Position numbers and translations under genes: made by a program. Shown piece by piece: positions 9,398 through 19,221 of a DNA stretch of 64,000 nucleotides; position 1 is the stretch's first letter; each line of letters begins with the position of its first letter. The DNA comes from a virus, in the IMG/VR virus record IMGVR_UViG_3300022752_000020, positions 64,001-128,000 of that record. The stretch is one strand, 5' to 3'. Under the pieces are notes generated by a model that saw nothing but the letters and a program-made list of their open reading frames with translations, searched no databases and was not told where the DNA came from.

Positions 9398-11485
9398 TTA
9401 GTACTCCCCACAATCGATCACTGTGTCCACTAACTTTCCACCTTTGATGTACCCTCCTACATTAAGGTCTTTGGTTATGTTAGTGTCGCCCTCTACTTCT
9501 AATTCTCTCTGAACTTTTACACTATCTTCTACCTCCAAGCTTTGGCTAACTCTTGCAGATGCTTCAACGTACAAGTTGTTGTCCACTGCAAAATTACCAG
9601 CGATAGCTAAATCTCTATTAATCTGTAGATTTCCATCTACTTCCAAATTATTATTAACATTGGTAACACCTTCACTACTACCAATTTCAATGTTTGTTGC
9701 TTCACCTGCAAAATTCACAGTCTTGGCTGTGGTATTTGCTAGATTAAATTCTGATGTACTAACTCTTAAATCACCACCATCAATATTAACATCACCATCA
9801 ACATCTAAGTTATTATTAATATTGGTTGTACCAGTACTAGCACCTATTTCAATATTTGTAGCAGCACCAGCAAAATTAACATTCTTAGCTGTGTTATTTG
9901 CAAGGTTAAATGTTTCTGTGCTGACTGTTAGATCTCCACCATCAATATTAACATCACCATCTACATCTAAATTATTATTAATATTGGTTGTACCAGTACT
10001 AGCACCTATTTCAATATTTGTTGCAGCACCAGCAAAGTTTACTGTGGTTGTTGTCTCATTTAATAAATTAAAAGTAGATGTACTGGCACGTAAATCTCCG
10101 CCATCAATGTTAACGTCACCATCAACATCTAAATTATTGTTAATATTGGTTGTTCCGGTACTAGCACCTATTTCAATATTTGTTGCAGCACCACCAAAGT
10201 TAATTGTTGTAGCATTGGCATTAGCTATATTAAATGTTGGTGTACTAACTGTTAAATCACCACCGTCAATATTCAAATCACCATCAACATCTAAATTTTG
10301 TCCGATATGAAAGTTACCGTCTACATTAAGATTACCATCAACATCTAAATTATTACGAACATTTGTTGTACCTGTTGTTGCACCAAGAACAATACTGGTA
10401 GCTGCTTTGGCAAAATTCACTGTAGTTGCTACATCTGGAATTAGGTTAAAAGTTTGACTAGTTGTCTTTAAGTCATCTCCATCAATAACTACATCACCAT
10501 CAACTTCAAGATTATTACGAACATTTGTTGTACCTGTTGTTGCACCAAGTAAAAGACTAGTAGCAGCACCAGCAAAGTTAATAGTTGTAGCAGTTGTGTT
10601 TAAAAGATTAAACACACTTTGACTAGTAGTTAAATCACCACCATCAATATTAACATCACCATCTACATCTAAATTATTATTAATATTGGTTGTACCAGTA
10701 CTAGCACCTATTTCAATATTTGTTGCAGCACCACCAAAGTTAATTGTTGTAGCAGTTGTGTTTAAAAGATTAAACACACTTTGATTAGTAGTTAAATCAC
10801 CACCTTGTATTTCTAAATCTTTCTTAATTACTGCATTTTCTTCAACAACAATATCACCTCTTAGTGTAATTAGAGTAGGTAAGGCTGGATTACCACGCAT
10901 TATGGGACTATCTACCTTAAATGCATAGTCAAATCCTTTTGGTCCTACATACCTATATCCAAATACATAGATAACATGACTACCGGTCATACCTGTTGGT
11001 ATTGTATTTCCATAAAAATGTAGTATACCAGCTTGATAATCAAAATACCATTCACCAGCACCTAATATACCATCAGCAAATATTTGTGTACCACCACTTG
11101 TACTTGGGTCTGTTAAACCACTATTACCGTAATAAACTTTTACTCTATAACTATTTGTAACATTAACTGTATCAAATTCAGGAGGGATCCAATCTGTGAG
11201 ACCAGTTTTCCATGTAGGATAAACAGTACCACTCATTCTTTGACTAGTAGTATCTGCTGTACATTCTACTCTATTATTTTGTAAGTAGCCTGTGACGGTG
11301 CCTATTGTTGCATTTGCAGTAGCAGGAACCAAATAGGCATTGAGCCAGATACTGTCCCCTCTATTTAGAGAGGGGCTGGCTATAGATTCATTACTTACAC
11401 TCTTGTTGGCAGCGGTATCAGTTTTAGCTACACCTGCTAACTTCTTTAGTAATAAATCAACTCTGGTTGTATCAGTTACGGCCAT
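9398..11485 (-). CDS. Tail fibre protein with seven 54-aa repeats (gp36-like connector position)
   Basis: Repeat NNLDVDGDVNIDGGDL...FNL.N.TA..[IV]NF.GAAT.IEIGASTGTT. C-terminus IDCGEY resembles the ID-x-G-x-[YF] ending of T4-like fibre connectors; lies directly upstream of the gp37-like gene. Confidence 0.7.
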   Translation of the reverse strand: MAVTDTTRVDLLLKKLAGVAKTDTAANKSVSNESIASPSLNRGDSIWLNAYLVPATANATIGTVTGYLQNNRVECTADTTSQRMSGTVYPTWKTGLTDWIPPEFDTVNVTNSYRVKVYYGNSGLTDPSTSGGTQIFADGILGAGEWYFDYQAGILHFYGNTIPTGMTGSHVIYVFGYRYVGPKGFDYAFKVDSPIMRGNPALPTLITLRGDIVVEENAVIKKDLEIQGGDLTTNQSVFNLLNTTATTINFGGAATNIEIGASTGTTNINNNLDVDGDVNIDGGDLTTSQSVFNLLNTTATTINFAGAATSLLLGATTGTTNVRNNLEVDGDVVIDGDDLKTTSQTFNLIPDVATTVNFAKAATSIVLGATTGTTNVRNNLDVDGNLNVDGNFHIGQNLDVDGDLNIDGGDLTVSTPTFNIANANATTINFGGAATNIEIGASTGTTNINNNLDVDGDVNIDGGDLRASTSTFNLLNETTTTVNFAGAATNIEIGASTGTTNINNNLDVDGDVNIDGGDLTVSTETFNLANNTAKNVNFAGAATNIEIGASTGTTNINNNLDVDGDVNIDGGDLRVSTSEFNLANTTAKTVNFAGEATNIEIGSSEGVTNVNNNLEVDGNLQINRDLAIAGNFAVDNNLYVEASARVSQSLEVEDSVKVQRELEVEGDTNITKDLNVGGYIKGGKLVDTVIDCGEY
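9650..10810 (-). repeat. 162-bp (54-aa) tandem repeat, about 7 copies
   Basis: TAATATTGGTTGT recurs at about 9817, 9979 and 10141 (162-bp period); seven GGDL/DDL units in the protein. Confidence 0.85.
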
Positions 11486-11497
11486 TATCTATCCCTA

Positions 11498-14350
11498 TTA
11501 TTGATCGCTCACATCTAAATATAAACTAGTCATTGACTGACCTTGATTTAATCTAATTCTTACCCATATTTCATTGTTAGTACTATTGGTACTACTCAAT
11601 GTTCCAAAACTAATATTAACTTGATTAGTACCTGCTGCTGTTGGGAGATTACCGCCTAATGCACAACCGCCTGCTAGACTATTGTCTATGGCTGCACTTA
11701 ACCAACTGTTAACATGTCCTGATTTTAAACTAGTTCCATTTGCTCCTGGTAATGCTGCCCAAATACCTGCTATACCCCCTGGTGTAGTCCAACGTATTCT
11801 AAACTTGCTTACTCCGCTTCTTACAAATCTAAAAGTAAAATATTGTGGATTAGCCGCTGTTCTTGTACTTAAATTTGGTCCTGCAGGAAGATATCCTGTT
11901 GAATAATTTGTTACATCATGTTTAAGACTATTAACACCTGTTCCTGTTCCTACTACTGTAGCATCTGTAGCTAATAATGTACTTGTTTGACTGTTGAACA
12001 ATGTGCTACCTGCTGTGAATACTGGATTATCTGTGCTGGCAACTCCTGCATCTGGATTCTGACATCTTGTAGCACCAGTTGTACTACCACCTACTGCTGC
12101 ATTAAAAAATATATTAGTTTCATCTAAAAATGATGTGCTACTTGTTGTTCCAGTTTTATAAAGAACTATAGCATTTAGTGTTGGTAATGCTGAATTAGCT
12201 GTAAGATAACTATTATCTGCTGTGAATTGTGGCACAGTAGTTGTAGTTGTCCAAGCACCAAATCCTGTAATTATGTTAACAACAAAGTTTGTACTATTTG
12301 GGCCTGCTCCTGTTGTAACCGTAGTTGTTGCTGGCAATGTTGTATAGGCAAAATTAGCCAATGTTTTATTACCTGCACTGGTCCATGGTCCTACTGCACT
12401 AGTAGTTAGACATGTGCTGGCTGTACTAGGTAAACTGGTTTGTCCTGGATTCCAAGTTACGACAAATCCTATGTTATAAATTGTACTACTATTGTAATGT
12501 GGAATAGTACTACTATAGGTTATATTGCTTGTACCAAGAGTAAAAGTTTGAGCGCTGAATACAGGGGCTAGTGGGCTAGTACTATCATAGTACCAAATAC
12601 CTATATTACTGGTATTAGCTCCAATTGTAGTTGATCCTGCCGCATCATGAGCTATTTGCACTGTATTCCATCCTGCTGGCACTGATGTTCCAGTAACGCT
12701 TAAATCTACTGTCTCATGAAATCCTGGCTTGTCAACAGGATAAGCTACATTATTACCTACAACAAGACTAGTATTATATGCTGTATATGTATTATTATCG
12801 TTCTGTGTAGTAAATTGTAAACTTTGTCCACTTGTTGTAGCATTGGCTACTATATTGGTTGCACTTTGTTGACCAGTTACAGTATTATAACTGGCCAATT
12901 TTAAAATCTTTGAACTAATAAAAGTTATAACATATGTACCATTAAGTGCTAGTCCACCAAAAGCAGTACCACTTGCTGATATTTTAATCAAATAACCTGG
13001 AACTAATACGCCTGTAGTTGGCTGTGTGTACTTGAATTCTTCACTGCCATTAGTTGATCCTGTTAGCACTGTAGTTATTACTTGGGTAGTATTACCATAA
13101 GTTAATTTCTTTGTAACCGCTGCACTATTATTTCTATTAACTGTTATAATACCACGATTGCCTGGACCAGTGTCTGATATTGTATTGGTACTAAATGTAC
13201 TGACTCTTGCCACATATACTACTGTTCCAGCTGCTGGTGCAGTAATACCTGTACCATTTGTTGATTGACTAACAGCATCAATATTCATAATACGTTGTGT
13301 TAGACTATTAATAGTTAAATTTGTAGCATTTGGAAAACTTGGGGGTGGTAGAGGAACTAATAATGTTAATGTTAAATTAAGTTGAGCTACACCATCTGTT
13401 AAACTGGTCTGCTGCGTCATATCCACTGCACCAGCTAGTATTCCATATTCTGGATCACCCATTAAAATATAGTTTGCGTTATCTGTAGCTACATCTCCAA
13501 GGACATTTAGATCATTATGTATTCTGGTATCATTAATAAGTTCGATCAGCCCATTACCATTTGACGCTAATGTTAAATGTCCTTGGCTAAATGTATTGCT
13601 AACTTTTGTATAATTCTGTGGATTGTTTATGCCAGTAAATGTTTTAGCTGGTAGTGTACCAGATCCGGGGATAGATGTTTGAGTAAAGTTATAAGTGTCA
13701 CCAACTTCTGGACCACCTAATCTCATATCATCAACATAAACTTGACGCCATGATTTAGTCAAACTTCCCAGATCATAAGTATCATCTACATCGGGAATAA
13801 TATCACTTATAATATCTGCATTAAATTGAATAGTATCTGTATTTTGATCACCTAAGACCAAATTGCCATCTGCTGTAATACTACCGGTAGCATGTATATT
13901 ACCATTAACTTCTAAATTACCTCTTAAATCTAACTGGCTAAATCCGTTAACTGAATCTGTTGTTGTAATTTTAAATGTTCTACTATCAAAAGTTATGTAG
14001 TCTAAAACTGTATTAGTTTTAAAACTAAGTCCTTGACTATAACTTTTTATTTCATTACCATCAATTTGAACATTATCTATTCTAAGATAATCACCAAGAT
14101 ATGTATTACTAAAAGTTGTACCTGAAACATCTAATGGATATATAGGGTTTACTTTGTTTATACCTACACCAACTATCTTAGTAGGATCATTATCCTTAGG
14201 AACTGATAGGTATAACAGAGCTCTATTTACATTGGTAGTTACGCCACCTACTGTTTCTGGTACAGATCTCTCCTCAAAAGACATATCTTCTCCATATCTG
14301 AGAAGATTCTTTCTGAGCATCGAACCTGAAATACGACCTACATTGGCCAT
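11498..14350 (-). CDS. Virion structural / tail-fibre-associated protein (950 aa)
   Basis: Thr/Gly/Asn-rich; fibre-type motifs GVGINKVNPIYPLDVSG, GNLEVNGNIHATGSITADGN and IIPDVDDTYDLGSLTKSW; located in the fibre cluster. Confidence 0.65.
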   Translation of the reverse strand: MANVGRISGSMLRKNLLRYGEDMSFEERSVPETVGGVTTNVNRALLYLSVPKDNDPTKIVGVGINKVNPIYPLDVSGTTFSNTYLGDYLRIDNVQIDGNEIKSYSQGLSFKTNTVLDYITFDSRTFKITTTDSVNGFSQLDLRGNLEVNGNIHATGSITADGNLVLGDQNTDTIQFNADIISDIIPDVDDTYDLGSLTKSWRQVYVDDMRLGGPEVGDTYNFTQTSIPGSGTLPAKTFTGINNPQNYTKVSNTFSQGHLTLASNGNGLIELINDTRIHNDLNVLGDVATDNANYILMGDPEYGILAGAVDMTQQTSLTDGVAQLNLTLTLLVPLPPPSFPNATNLTINSLTQRIMNIDAVSQSTNGTGITAPAAGTVVYVARVSTFSTNTISDTGPGNRGIITVNRNNSAAVTKKLTYGNTTQVITTVLTGSTNGSEEFKYTQPTTGVLVPGYLIKISASGTAFGGLALNGTYVITFISSKILKLASYNTVTGQQSATNIVANATTSGQSLQFTTQNDNNTYTAYNTSLVVGNNVAYPVDKPGFHETVDLSVTGTSVPAGWNTVQIAHDAAGSTTIGANTSNIGIWYYDSTSPLAPVFSAQTFTLGTSNITYSSTIPHYNSSTIYNIGFVVTWNPGQTSLPSTASTCLTTSAVGPWTSAGNKTLANFAYTTLPATTTVTTGAGPNSTNFVVNIITGFGAWTTTTTVPQFTADNSYLTANSALPTLNAIVLYKTGTTSSTSFLDETNIFFNAAVGGSTTGATRCQNPDAGVASTDNPVFTAGSTLFNSQTSTLLATDATVVGTGTGVNSLKHDVTNYSTGYLPAGPNLSTRTAANPQYFTFRFVRSGVSKFRIRWTTPGGIAGIWAALPGANGTSLKSGHVNSWLSAAIDNSLAGGCALGGNLPTAAGTNQVNISFGTLSSTNSTNNEIWVRIRLNQGQSMTSLYLDVSDQ

Positions 14351-14472
14351 TACGCTCCCCTATACCCCGTGTTTCACGGTTAACCTTTGTTTGAGCTTGC
14401 GCTCGCATCCCTTACGGGCTCTTTGCCGGTTTACCACAGTTTGATGTGATACTCACAGAATCATGAGTACCA
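14351..14472 (-). ncRNA. Candidate structured 5' leader (cis-regulatory RNA) of the 950-aa gene
   Basis: GC-rich ~120 nt between a TAAATA promoter (14477-14482) and SD GGGGAG/ATG. Hairpins GUACUCAU/GUGAGUAU, CCC-GUAA-GGG, GAGC-GCAA-GCUC, CCGUG-AAA-CACGG; long-range GGUAAACC/GGUUAACC. Confidence 0.6.
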
Positions 14473-14476
14473 ATCT

Positions 14477-14482
14477 TATTTA
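14477..14482 (-). promoter_or_regulatory. T4-type late promoter (TAAATA)
   Basis: GCTAAATAAG in the intergenic gap immediately before the structured leader. Confidence 0.55.
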
Positions 14483-14500
14483 GCTAGATTTGGGAAAAGG

Positions 14501-15175
14501 TTAGTCAAACCCGTGAATTACAGTCACCGTTTTACCAGGAGGTGGTGGACTAAAAAATTGAATATATTTTCCAGTAGGGTAGGATTTTGAGCTTGGGGCA
14601 TTAACCATGATATAATTCGTATATGGTATTTGAAAAACATTTTCAACATATACAAATATGTTAGCAGCACTCTTTGGTACAAGTGCATTTACATCTCTTA
14701 TAGGACCAAAATTTAATTCTGTCCCATCAACAAAGCTTATAGTATTAAGATTTTCAATTTCACTATCAGCATCGCCTTCATAAGATGGATAAGTTTCTTC
14801 ATCTGCTAGAAATATTCCGCTGCTTGCTGGATCTGCACCAAATCTTTGTATGGTTACTAGAGCAGGTTGTTTAGCTTTTAACTGAATCCAGATACCATTA
14901 GTTAATACTTCAAGAGCATCTTCATCAAGATTATATCTTATTAAACCGCTATTTTTATACCATGTTGTGGGTGCAGGTCTTTCGTCAGTATATCCTGTGG
15001 GTAAAAATAAAGCTTTTAACTGAGGCAATCCTGTATACCAAGTAGCACCTGGAGCAGTTCTATCATAACTATATGGAATATCCATTATGACCTGTCCATC
15101 ATACCTACTGCTATAGGTCAATTCTAAACTTTTAGCACTATTATTATTAATTTTATTTTGTTTATAAAATTTCAT
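14501..15175 (-). CDS. Small virion structural protein
   Basis: LPTGYTDERP...GLIRYN and IFVYVENVFQIP...IQFFSPPP..VTVIHGFD motifs typical of T4-like fibre/baseplate-associated beta modules. Confidence 0.6.
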   Translation of the reverse strand: MKFYKQNKINNNSAKSLELTYSSRYDGQVIMDIPYSYDRTAPGATWYTGLPQLKALFLPTGYTDERPAPTTWYKNSGLIRYNLDEDALEVLTNGIWIQLKAKQPALVTIQRFGADPASSGIFLADEETYPSYEGDADSEIENLNTISFVDGTELNFGPIRDVNALVPKSAANIFVYVENVFQIPYTNYIMVNAPSSKSYPTGKYIQFFSPPPPGKTVTVIHGFD

Positions 15176-15564
15176 TACTGTACCTGCACAACGCTTAAAA
15201 AAGCATTGATAGCACTGGGGCGATCAGCACTGGCCCAAATAGCATCCAGTTCGCCTAAAATAATTTTTTCGCTATCAAAAGCAAATGTATCACCTACATT
15301 AATAGCAAGTTCCTTAATACATACATTAGTACTACTAGGATTCCTCCCTTTCTCTACAAGATATATGGTAAGCAAGGCTGGTTGAGTATCTCTATTACAG
15401 AAAAACATACTAGTAATAGCATATGCTTTACCTGGAAAGTTTGGAGCGGTGAAAGGAGGAGTGTTAACTTGAAAAAGAGCAGTGCCACCTGCAACAGTGC
15501 CTGGTGTTGTCACCGTTGCTTCTGTTACACTTAACACTGGTACTAGAGCTGTTACTAAAGCCAT
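15175..15564 (-). CDS. Small structural protein (129 aa)
   Basis: Overlaps the next start codon; beta-rich with AITSMFFCN and EKIILGELDAIWA; structural operon context. Confidence 0.55.
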   Translation of the reverse strand: MALVTALVPVLSVTEATVTTPGTVAGGTALFQVNTPPFTAPNFPGKAYAITSMFFCNRDTQPALLTIYLVEKGRNPSSTNVCIKELAINVGDTFAFDSEKIILGELDAIWASADRPSAINAFLSVVQVQ

Positions 15565-15574
15565 AAAAATTCCT

Positions 15575-16777
15575 TTAAAATATTAGCCCATAAACTAGAG
15601 CATTAGCAGCACTACACAGTTCACCAGTGGTATTATTGTTAGTAAAAAATATACCTGTTCCACCTGATCCTTGTGTGGCTCTACTATATATAGTATTTGT
15701 TCCCGTTGTACTTGTAGGATCAGAAAGAGCTGGACTGAGATAATCAATCTTAACTATGCTCCTTATCACTACATTTCCTGTAGAAGGATTGATTACTAGA
15801 TCAGCATTATCTGTTTTAATTATTGCCTGATCACCAATATCTATAACGACCTTAAGATTCCTATCAGCTAATCCGCCTCGACCAACAACTAAGCCTTGAT
15901 CCGTACCTACTTTACCTATTCTAGCCACAGCCAATTGAGCTAAATCTCCAGGTGGTGTTCTTGGAAAACTACCTAAATCACTACCTACAGTAAACAATAC
16001 TCCACTAAATCCATCACCTGTTTGACTTATATCCTTGGCCTGTGCACCACTATAAGTATTTAGAGTGTTTAAATCAGTATATCTAAAAAACTGTTGAATA
16101 ACAGCTTGACCTGCTTCAGCTCTTACATAATCCCTAATGAACTGTATGTTAGGTATAGCATTATTACCTTCTTCTTGCATTGTTATATCAGGATTATCAA
16201 TTAATTTTTTAATACGTATATGATAAGCATCATAAAGCTGATCCTCATTTAGATCGGAAGCTTTATAATCAACTTTTAAAAGTCCTTCATATCCAACAAA
16301 AAAACTTAAATCTTTATTTGGTTGCACACCATAAGTTTGTATTCTATTAGTTGTTATCGGTAATAAAGACTTATTAGGTAAAGTACTTTTACTGACAAAC
16401 GATTCTAAAACAGGATATGCAGTTTTATCTTCTAAACTGTCACCACCTAAAACATAACCTCTTAAAGGAACTTCATCAAACACAAATAATGCGTCTACAT
16501 TTCCTCTATCTATTTCTATTCCAGACATTGGTTCAACACCGCTTATGCCACTCTGACCATTTCCTGGACCTTGTTCACCTCTGTTCAGTCTTATAATACG
16601 GTCTTCAATTTCTAAATTTGTGGAATTTACATAGGTGGCACCACCTTCTACATAAAGATCTCCTGTTACAGTAACTCTACCAGAATTACCTGGTCCAGGA
16701 TTCAATAGAATTTCACTACCTGTTTCTTCGGCAATGATCTTATAACCACCTTTCTGTATTCTTAAAACTTTAGACAT
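15575..16777 (-). CDS. Virion structural / fibre-like protein (400 aa)
   Basis: VTVTGDLYVEG..TYVNSTNLEIEDRIIRLNRG and SGIEIDRG motifs common in T4-like fibre proteins. Confidence 0.6.
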   Translation of the reverse strand: MSKVLRIQKGGYKIIAEETGSEILLNPGPGNSGRVTVTGDLYVEGGATYVNSTNLEIEDRIIRLNRGEQGPGNGQSGISGVEPMSGIEIDRGNVDALFVFDEVPLRGYVLGGDSLEDKTAYPVLESFVSKSTLPNKSLLPITTNRIQTYGVQPNKDLSFFVGYEGLLKVDYKASDLNEDQLYDAYHIRIKKLIDNPDITMQEEGNNAIPNIQFIRDYVRAEAGQAVIQQFFRYTDLNTLNTYSGAQAKDISQTGDGFSGVLFTVGSDLGSFPRTPPGDLAQLAVARIGKVGTDQGLVVGRGGLADRNLKVVIDIGDQAIIKTDNADLVINPSTGNVVIRSIVKIDYLSPALSDPTSTTGTNTIYSRATQGSGGTGIFFTNNNTTGELCSAANALVYGLIF

Positions 16778-16778
16778 T

Positions 16779-17165
16779 TTAGACTGCTGTTAGTTTAATA
16801 ATATCCCCAGTGCTATCTTCGTATTGTGTTAGAAACCATGTATAACGATTTCCACTAAAATCTGTAGCAATACGCTTGGTAAGTTTAGCTACACTTACAC
16901 TACCTGGACTTAATCCATCTGTACTGCCTGTAATTAAAATTTGACCATTTGCTATGGCATTGTCAATAGAATTAACCAGTGTTCCTACTCTATATGTTGA
17001 ACCATCTCTTGTTACTAGATATGTTCTAGCACCTCTTTGTTTTACAATCCAGTAGTCTGTGTTAGTTGTTCCACCAAATCTACCAGTTACTCTAATACCT
17101 GCATCACCTACATATGTGCCAATAACTTTGACACCATTAACATCTTTGCTTAACGGACGTCCCAT
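16779..17165 (-). CDS. Hypothetical late protein (128 aa), possible head-associated protein
   Basis: Strong SD (AAGGAG), own late promoter, close downstream of gp23. Confidence 0.55.
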   Translation of the reverse strand: MGRPLSKDVNGVKVIGTYVGDAGIRVTGRFGGTTNTDYWIVKQRGARTYLVTRDGSTYRVGTLVNSIDNAIANGQILITGSTDGLSPGSVSVAKLTKRIATDFSGNRYTWFLTQYEDSTGDIIKLTAV

Positions 17166-17179
17166 TTGTTTCTCCTTTA

Positions 17180-17236
17180 ATGGCGTTCTAGGCCTACGGG
17201 GAGGGTTACCCCGTAATAGCTCTGACTATGTATTTA
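17180..17236 (-). promoter_or_regulatory. Late promoter (TAAATA, 17231-17236) followed by a GC-rich leader hairpin
   Basis: UACGGGG-UAACCCU-CCCCGUA stem (17195-17215), then GGCCUAGAACGCC just before the SD. Confidence 0.6.
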
Positions 17237-17244
17237 CCAAAAAA

Positions 17245-17943
17245 TTAATTTAGTAAGTTACTATTCCTCAAATGTTCAGGATTTTTTCCATCTGTGTGTA
17301 CTATAGTTGGAGGGTGTCCTCTTGGTCCATATATTGCACCTCGAATAGGACTACCTGTCAAATATTCTTCTAAGCCATATTCCTGACCAAAACCTACATA
17401 ATGAGTATGTTTTGCAGCTTCATTTAACCAACGCTGACGGTTAATAATATGTGGATTATTACTTACTGCATTTACCATAGCATAGGGAAATACGCTGCCT
17501 TCATAGTCAACCCAATCCATATCATGACCAAAACTTGCATGTACGTCTGGATGATTTCCGTGTACTTTACGATTAAATCTCATATGCAAAATATCGTCTT
17601 TACGCATTCCATCTACTATTTGATCTAGGGTATGATGTATATGTTCTTTGTTAAACAACCAATCATGTTCTAACATAAACAAAAATTCTTTATTACTACC
17701 TCTAACAGCTAAATGATAACCATGACTTAACCCGCCTACTTCATGATTAACTACGGGAAAAATTTTATTAAGAGCTTCAATGTATTCGTAACATTTTTCT
17801 TTGTTTGGATTTTTATCACACCATACTGTTACAGGAATATCTGCATTAAAAGTATCCATAAAACTTTTATATGTTGATTCAATATGCCAAGTATCAGGTG
17901 CGTTTATAGTACTGTTTGTAAAAATATGCAATTCTATATCCAT
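17245..17943 (-). CDS. Glycosyltransferase-like protein (GT-A/GT2-like)
   Basis: GGLSHGYHLAV...FLFMLEHDWLF (DxD-like position) and SNNPHI motifs. Confidence 0.55.
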   Translation of the reverse strand: MDIELHIFTNSTINAPDTWHIESTYKSFMDTFNADIPVTVWCDKNPNKEKCYEYIEALNKIFPVVNHEVGGLSHGYHLAVRGSNKEFLFMLEHDWLFNKEHIHHTLDQIVDGMRKDDILHMRFNRKVHGNHPDVHASFGHDMDWVDYEGSVFPYAMVNAVSNNPHIINRQRWLNEAAKHTHYVGFGQEYGLEEYLTGSPIRGAIYGPRGHPPTIVHTDGKNPEHLRNSNLLN

Positions 17944-17969
17944 AATGATTCCTAAATAATAGCATATTT

Positions 17970-18000
17970 AAAAAAAAAGGCACCAAGTAGGGTGCCTTTT
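17970..18000 (-). terminator. Rho-independent terminator downstream of the major capsid gene
   Basis: AAAAGGCACC-CTACTT-GGTGCCTTTT followed by a T run; the T run abuts a new TAAATA (17965-17970) for the next gene. Confidence 0.85.
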
Positions 18001-18032
18001 ATAATAGAACAAATTCTTGGTCTATTGAATGA

Positions 18033-19211
18033 TTAGCTAAACTTGACGTTAGCTGTGTTCAATCCAACTTTACCCAAATAGTCTTGAGCGTTACCAAGAG
18101 AACTTGCTGTATTTGTCAACTCTACATAACCATAACGTGTCATAAATGATACGACTGGTTCAAATGTAGATGGATCCAATACAACACCACTGCTCATCAA
18201 TGGAATGTATGGGCAGTAGAATGCAGCAGCATCACTCTCGCTTGTACCTTTGTAACCAATTAGGATATCAGAGGTATCGCTAGCATATGTGTTTACATAT
18301 ACTTTCATAGCACTATTTAATGTACCAACTAGCTTGGTGTTAGTTGGAGCTTCAAATGTGCCTTCTGTTGTACGAGCAAATGCGCTGGTTGTAGCACTTT
18401 GTAGAATAGTTAGTACAAATGGACTTACTACTGCCCAGTTAGCAGCACCACGACGTGTGCGTTGAGCAATAATATTAGCAACACGGTTGATTAAAACTGC
18501 TAAAGCAGCATGTTCATCACCAACGAATGTAGCTGTACCACTTACAGTAGCTTGATTATATGTAGCAAGTGCAGGTCCGGCCAAGTTATTTAGACTTGCT
18601 AGAATTTCTTGATCGATTTCAGCAGTAATTTCCTGTGCTAGAGCAGCCATGATCTCTGCTTCAACATCAATGCCGTGTTGTGCTTGCATATCCTGAGCAG
18701 CCTCAAATGTCCAGCGAGCGCTTAACTTACGAGTTTTCGCTTCAACTGTTTGTTTGAGGATTTGAATGCTCATTCTACGACCAGCAACACCTTCCATTGT
18801 AGCTGTACTAGCAGCTTTGCCACTAGAAGCACCGGAATACTGTTCTGCAATCTTGAATGGGCTTAGTGCCTCTTCACCAGCAGTTGTTCCAACAATGTCA
18901 CCGTTAGCACCGACTGTGTCAGCATAACGTACTCTCAATGTATGGATTTGACCAACTGGTCCAGTTAGTGGTTGTACACCAACCAACTCGTTAGCAATAA
19001 CGGTTGGCATAACACGACGGATCACTGGAAGGATCACGCGGTTTAAAGTTGCGACGTTGCCAGCAGAAGTAGTACCAGCTGAAGCGGTTTCTGCGAGATA
19101 CTTACGAGTATTCTCTAGTGCTACACCCATCACTGATTTCTTTGTGCCTTGGAGGCCTTCGAGTAGAGCCTCTTTTGTCTCCTGCCAACGGTTTGTTAGT
19201 AGTTCAGACAT
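18033..19211 (-). CDS. gp23: Major capsid protein
   Basis: VGVQPLTGPVGQIHTLRVRY, VEAKTRKLSARWTFEAAQD, AAFYCPYIPL, FMTRYG: T4-like gp23 motifs. Confidence 0.97.
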   Translation of the reverse strand: MSELLTNRWQETKEALLEGLQGTKKSVMGVALENTRKYLAETASAGTTSAGNVATLNRVILPVIRRVMPTVIANELVGVQPLTGPVGQIHTLRVRYADTVGANGDIVGTTAGEEALSPFKIAEQYSGASSGKAASTATMEGVAGRRMSIQILKQTVEAKTRKLSARWTFEAAQDMQAQHGIDVEAEIMAALAQEITAEIDQEILASLNNLAGPALATYNQATVSGTATFVGDEHAALAVLINRVANIIAQRTRRGAANWAVVSPFVLTILQSATTSAFARTTEGTFEAPTNTKLVGTLNSAMKVYVNTYASDTSDILIGYKGTSESDAAAFYCPYIPLMSSGVVLDPSTFEPVVSFMTRYGYVELTNTASSLGNAQDYLGKVGLNTANVKFS

Positions 19212-19221
19212 TTCTTTCTCC

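Noticed and set aside
14351-14472. Canonical c-di-GMP-I riboswitch
   Set aside because: Only the GCAAA/GAUGC and GNRA part resembles it; P3 and its tetraloop receptor are not evident.
1-16777. Diversity-generating retroelement acting on fibre genes
   Set aside because: No reverse transcriptase and no adenine-specific template/variable repeat pair visible.
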